NCBI GenBank assembly: GCA_039096225.1
Contig: JBBPEB010000017.1
Span: 248,001-312,000, forward strand
DNA length: 64,000 bases
Direction: 5' to 3'
Origin: Blastocystis sp. Blastoise
Lineage: Eukaryota; Protista; Bigyra: Opalinata
The notes below the pieces were generated by a model. The model was given only the letters and a program-made list of their open reading frames with translations. It did not search any database and had not been told where the DNA came from. The position numbers and the translations under genes were made by a program. Shown here piece by piece: positions 58,482-64,000 of this stretch; position 1 is the stretch's first letter, and the number at the start of each line of letters is the position of its first letter.

Positions 58482-59254
58482 AAATAATAAATATATATAC
58501 CACAAGGGCTAACACCAGGGTTACTAAGAATAGTCTTAGTTAATTCTACAGATTCCTTATTAGGCATACTGATTTCATAACCATCTTCACCAGTATAACC
58601 ACAACGAGTTACACGACAAGGTACACCAGCAACCTTAATATCAACACCAGTCATAAAAGGCATCTTAGTAACATCATATTCAGTATACTTCTTTAAGACT
58701 TGAGGAGCAATATGACCTTGAAGAGCAATAAGACCTAAATCACCCATGTATTCCATCTTGACTTCCTTTCCAAGAGATCTGAATTTACCCATTTCATTTT
58801 GGAAATGTTTCATATCATCAAATTTAGTAGCACCATTAACAACTTGATAAATGTAGTCACCAGCGTTAGTAATGACAGTATCATCAAGAATATTACCTTG
58901 AGGATTACAAATAAGAGATAATCTACCACAACCAGGTTTTAAGCTATGAATATCACCAACAACAACATGTTCTAAAAATTCAACAGCATCCTTACCAGTC
59001 CACTTGAGTTGACCCATGTGAGAAACATCGAAAACACCAGCAGAGTTATCACCTCTAACAATTAAATGTTCCTTTAAAACACCAGTAGGATATTGAACAG
59101 GAAGAGAGTAACCAGCAAATTCAACAATCTTACCCTTGAGATCAAGGTGAAGATTATAAAGAGGGGTCTTTAAAGGTTCAGCAGCAGCAGCGAAAGTACG
59201 AACAGCATTGAGAGAAGAAACGGATCTAGTAACACCTTTTAAGATAGCAGACAT
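57823..59254 (-). CDS. GCVT: Glycine cleavage system T protein (aminomethyltransferase) with mitochondrial-type presequence, 3 exons
   Basis: KTPLY..H...[64 protein letters not shown]. Confidence 0.97.
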
Positions 59255-59611
59255 TTTAATTTACAGAACAGAACAAAAAAAAATACTGTTTACAAACAAA
59301 AAAAAACAAAATAAAATAAACAGTGCACTTCTCTTTTCATTACATATATAGAGTATACATGATAATGAATACAGAGATTCTCATTTTCTGTTGTAAAGTT
59401 ATGAAAGATTGTGTTATAATTATTATGACAACGGATAGAATAGAGATATATTGGGGAAACTTAAGAACTTCTTTTGAAATCTATTGGATTAATCATGGTT
59501 ATTTTTATATTAGAGAATAATGATCAATATTTATAGGAATTTGAACTTTTTGAAAAGAAAAACATTTGTTCACGTTTTGTCGCCTATAGAATATAGATTC
59601 TACTATTAATC

Positions 59612-62414
59612 ATGAGTAAACTGTCAAAGAATATACATGTAGGGAAATGGATGGATGTAGATTATGATTATGTGTCTGATGATGAGACCGATTATCAATT
59701 TAATAAGAATATTTATTCAAATCAAATTCTTAGACAATGTAATTTTATTAATACATTTAGTTTATATATAATACATATAGCTTTGACTTTATCTTCTCAA
59801 ATGTTTACTCGAATGAGTTATTCTACTCTCTATTCAAGTGGTATATATACTACCCATTATGATTCCTAGCATTAATATTTCTTTTTATATTGCTAATTCT
59901 GAATATTCATTAGAAAAATGGTGAGATTCAAAAGAAAAATATTCCAGAATTCAATCAGAGAATTGATATACTTTGTGGTCAATTCCCTGAAGTCCCTGTA
60001 ACAACTCCAAAATCAACTGGAGATTGGTATTATGATGCCAATGAATTTTTAGAAACTAATGATTATGTTATTCAATTATTTCACGAGTATATATTATGTA
60101 TTATTATGATTATGATTATTATTATATTATATATTATTATAATTTTTTATATATAATTTCATTTATATCTTTTATAGTTTCACTTTAATTTAATATCATT
60201 TAATAAATATATAAATTATTTCTATTTTAATATAGTTTTTGTTTTGGTGATAATTACAATGTTCTCGCAAGTTCGAAAGTTCTAGAACAATTACGTCGTG
60301 TGATTTCTACTATGACAAACCCAGAAATTACTTTTTATTTATCTACTATGTTAAATAATAAAATCATGGGAGAAATCAATTATTACACTCGTTCTGATCA
60401 ACATATTCTTGATAAACAACAAATACCTTTAGAAGAAGTTCAAGTAGTAGCAGATGTATATATAGGAACACATTATATGTATTTAGAAGGAGAATTAGAA
60501 TGTAATTCGAAATATAAAATTGAAACTACTGTATATATATATATATATTTAAATATTTTATGGTAGTCATTATTATTGACGTATTAAAAGTTTTTATGAT
60601 TATATTTAATATTATTATACTTGTTTGTTATGCTATATGCTTATATATATAATAATAATTATTATTATTAATAGTAAATGTATTCTATGATGATGATTAT
60701 ATATATATAGTTAGAGTATAAAGGTTCTAAGAATTCTATTACTGTTAATATCAAGCATATCCCTCTCTGTAAATCTGAATATACACAAGATTTTAATATC
60801 ATTCCGGAACCAAATAGTATTTAATTATATAGTTAATCTAATCTATATATATAGTTAATTATATATATATATATTTAATTATTTTTATATATAGTTAATT
60901 ATATCTATATAATTATTTATAAATATATATATTTTTTTGTGTATAAATGTTTATATATATATATAGCAATAGTACTTAAGAAAGGAAAACAAGTAAAAAT
61001 GCCTCTATTTATTGAAGTCAAACGAGTATATATATATATATATTTATAATCTCATATCTATTTTTAAACTTGTTATATATATATATCTTAAGAAATAACT
61101 AGTTTCTTTCTATAAATCATTATATATATATATTAATAGCCAAATATGAGTATACAAGAAATTATTTCTATTGAAATTAATCAACGTTCCCGCCTTTTCT
61201 GTTTGTGTTCCGTGAGTACCGCGCCCGCTGTTTTTGGTGTTTATCCTGAATATTTACCGTGTAGTATAGATCATGATAGTAATGTATATATACCGAATGC
61301 ATTACAATATATTAAGAAGAAGTTAATATCTACAAATGCATATCACACTGTATATATAGAAGGCTATATATAATTATTATGATTATGTTTATTATTATGT
61401 TTATTATTATGATTATATTATTATTATGATTATGTTTATATTATTATGATTATGTTTATATTATTATGATTATTATGTTTATATTATTATGATTATTATG
61501 TTTATTATTAGTTGTTATATTGAATATTTATATTTTTCTATATATTAATATGAATATTTCTATTTCTATTTCTATTTTTCTATATATGAATATTACTATG
61601 AATATAAATATTACATCTATGTCTATCTATATATATATATCCCTATAAAGAATCGTATATTCCGTGAGTCCTGTAGTAAGGAGGAGAAGGAGGAGGCCAT
61701 TCATCTTCTTAATAACGGTAATGAACTTCATTTTCAAAATCCATCGCTTTATGCAAATCTACTATTAGTATATATACATATATATTCTATAATCATAAGA
61801 ATTATTTTTATTTCATTTTAATTTTTTATTTGTTTTTTTATATATATCATATTTCTTATTATTTTTAATTTTTATTTTTATTTTTAATTTTTATTTGATT
61901 TTAAAATCTCTTTTTTTATATATTAATCTTAATAATGATTATATATATCAATATCAATATCTATATTAGTATATATATCTATATTAATATATATCTATAT
62001 ATATATCTATACCATCTATAGAATTATTTCCGATCTCTTCCTCGTCCCCTTCTGTATTCTGTTACTTTTCAAGATGTCGTTAATGCAAAGATATCTGCAA
62101 TGAAAGATTATAAAACACAAAGTAATATATTTTACAATTGGTGTTCTTCTTTACCTAAGGCACATCAAGATATTATTATCTTTCTCTTAGATATTATATG
62201 TCAAGTATTAATGAATTATAAAGATACACAAATGAATATAGAAAGTTTCTGTGTCCTTCTTATGCCAAACTTAATGGATTTACCAATGGATGAAACTTAT
62301 GTTATTACTCTACCTATTATGAAGAATATTCTTAGTGGAGTTCTCATCAATCGATTGGTCAATACGTTTAATCTTGATTTTGATTCGCTGAAAGACATGC
62401 ATATATTACCGTAA
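59612..62414 (+). CDS. RhoGAP-domain protein with preceding ASH-like domain
   Basis: RIFRES (Arg finger), YFRSLPRPLL, LP.AHQDII.FLL.....V......TQMN...FCVLLMPNL; multi-exon. Confidence 0.75.
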
Positions 62415-63364
62415 TTTAATTTTTTTTTAAATATTATTGATATAACTTATTAATTTATATACTTTTTTATGTATATTTCTATTTTTATTTGCCTATATAT
62501 ATATTTATATGTATATCTATAAATATCTATAAATATTTATAAATATTTATAATTTCTATTTGCTTTATTTTTATTGTCTATCTTCTCAATAATATTATTA
62601 TCAAATTCATTCTTTTTCTTTTCTTTTTTTCTCGTATTTTTATGTATCTTTTCTTTTTCTTTTTTATATCTTTTTTTATAATACTATTATTTTTATTTCC
62701 ATACGTTTTTCTTACTTATTTAATAAGTTTTTCTTAATGAATTTATAAATTCATAATATATAAATCCTTCTTTTTTGTTTGTATTTTAAATTTTTTTTAA
62801 TTGCTTTTTTAGAATCTTTATTTGATTCTATTATTATTTTATTTTGTTTTTCCTTCATCTAACAAACTTGAAACCACACTTTCTAGCCATTCATAATGCT
62901 AAGAAAAATATATTTTGTATTATCATCAAATTATATCCCTATTCATACAAATTGATGATTCTTTTGAAGATTCTCATTTATATCAATTTTCTAAATATGC
63001 ATAATCTATAAAATAATGATATACATAATCTCAACTACTGAAATCGTATTTCAAGAAAACAAATAAAGCTAATTACAATTTGACCATATTTATAAGTGCT
63101 CACAATAGAAAATAGTTAAAGATAAAACAGTTTAGTTCACATAAAACAAATCTTTATATGATATGTGTATCAATAATTCAAATGGACAATAATTGTAGTT
63201 GTCTCATTCATATTCTCTTACTAATTTCATTACACAGATAGATAATCATGTAATTTGTATAGGAATAACAGTGTTTCTTTGCATGATTCATTAGTAATTC
63301 AATAAAAATGAAGTTTCCTATTTTATTCTTGTTTTTTTACTTATTTTTGTTTTCAATATAGAAG

Positions 63365-64000
63365 ATGGATTTATATTATATTTATAAACAATTACATACT
63401 GCTACAGGTGTTGAAATTAGTGTATCAACGCATTTCATCAATCAGTATGAAGAAAACTTGGCAATTGCTACAAAAAATACATTGACAATATTCAAATTAT
63501 TGAAAATAAAAACTGTATTTATGTTAAAATTATAATTTATGATAATATAGGATGATGGAATTCGTCATTATATGTCAATTGTCGGACAGTATACATTAAA
63601 TGCTACTATAGTGTCGATGGTATCTGTGCCTATTGCTAGCTATACGAAATCTTATATTGGACATGAAAGAGATGCCTTATTTATTTCATTCAAAGGCAAT
63701 TTTGTTGATGTTGTTTGTTTTGATGAAATTAATGGTCGTTTAACTACTCTAAATAGCTATAATTTTTCTAAGCAAGCAGAAGGATTTGGTAAAGGTATAA
63801 GTCATGAAATGTCTATTTTTATGTTTTTAATTGATAATAGTAATTATTTGAAATTTTATTCGATAGTCAATATATATTATGTAATATCGTTTGTATATAG
63901 TTGAAGATTTGAATATAATGAATGACGGATCAATGACATATCCTTCACAATGTTGCCGTTTGATTTATAATTCTCTTTTCCGTTGTATTCTGTTACAGAT
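63365..64000 (+). CDS. CPSF1: Cleavage and polyadenylation specificity factor subunit 1, 5' part (runs off window)
   Basis: YIYKQLHTATGVE....HF....EENLAIA..N.L.IF; RDALFISFK....VV.FD.....L.T...YNF. Confidence 0.85.

Overview
Very AT-rich, intron-dense eukaryotic (protist-like) DNA using the standard code. Introns are short and loaded with (AT)n/(AAT)n, so most short ORFs in the track are repeat artefacts. U12 splicing plus selenoproteins plus tiny introns would fit a stramenopile such as a Blastocystis relative, but this is inference only. Manual splicing gives about 19 genes: a small phosphoprotein, PP2C, ankyrin-SAM protein, divergent RPS19/RPS20, selenoprotein K with SECIS (absent from the ORF track), a divergent small GTPase, XRN2 (with an AT-AC U12 intron), PPAT, a PHD/C2H2 protein, a MIC13-like protein, SF3A1, a PH protein, CWF19L1, MCM9, a bZIP factor, GCVT, an ASH-RhoGAP and the CPSF1 5' end, plus tRNA-Ala(AGC). 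Main discovery: a 6,853-bp non-autonomous CACTA (En/Spm)-type element at 50834-57686. It has perfect 13-bp TIRs and a TTT target-site duplication, and it carries a decayed, intron-containing fragment of the cohesin loader NIPBL/SCC2 between spliced non-coding exons (a 'Pack-CACTA'). Second unexplained signal: a degenerate 12-bp GC-cored palindrome (TTCCC/TAACC-RY-GGGAA/GGTTA) recurring dozens of times in gene bodies regardless of reading frame.
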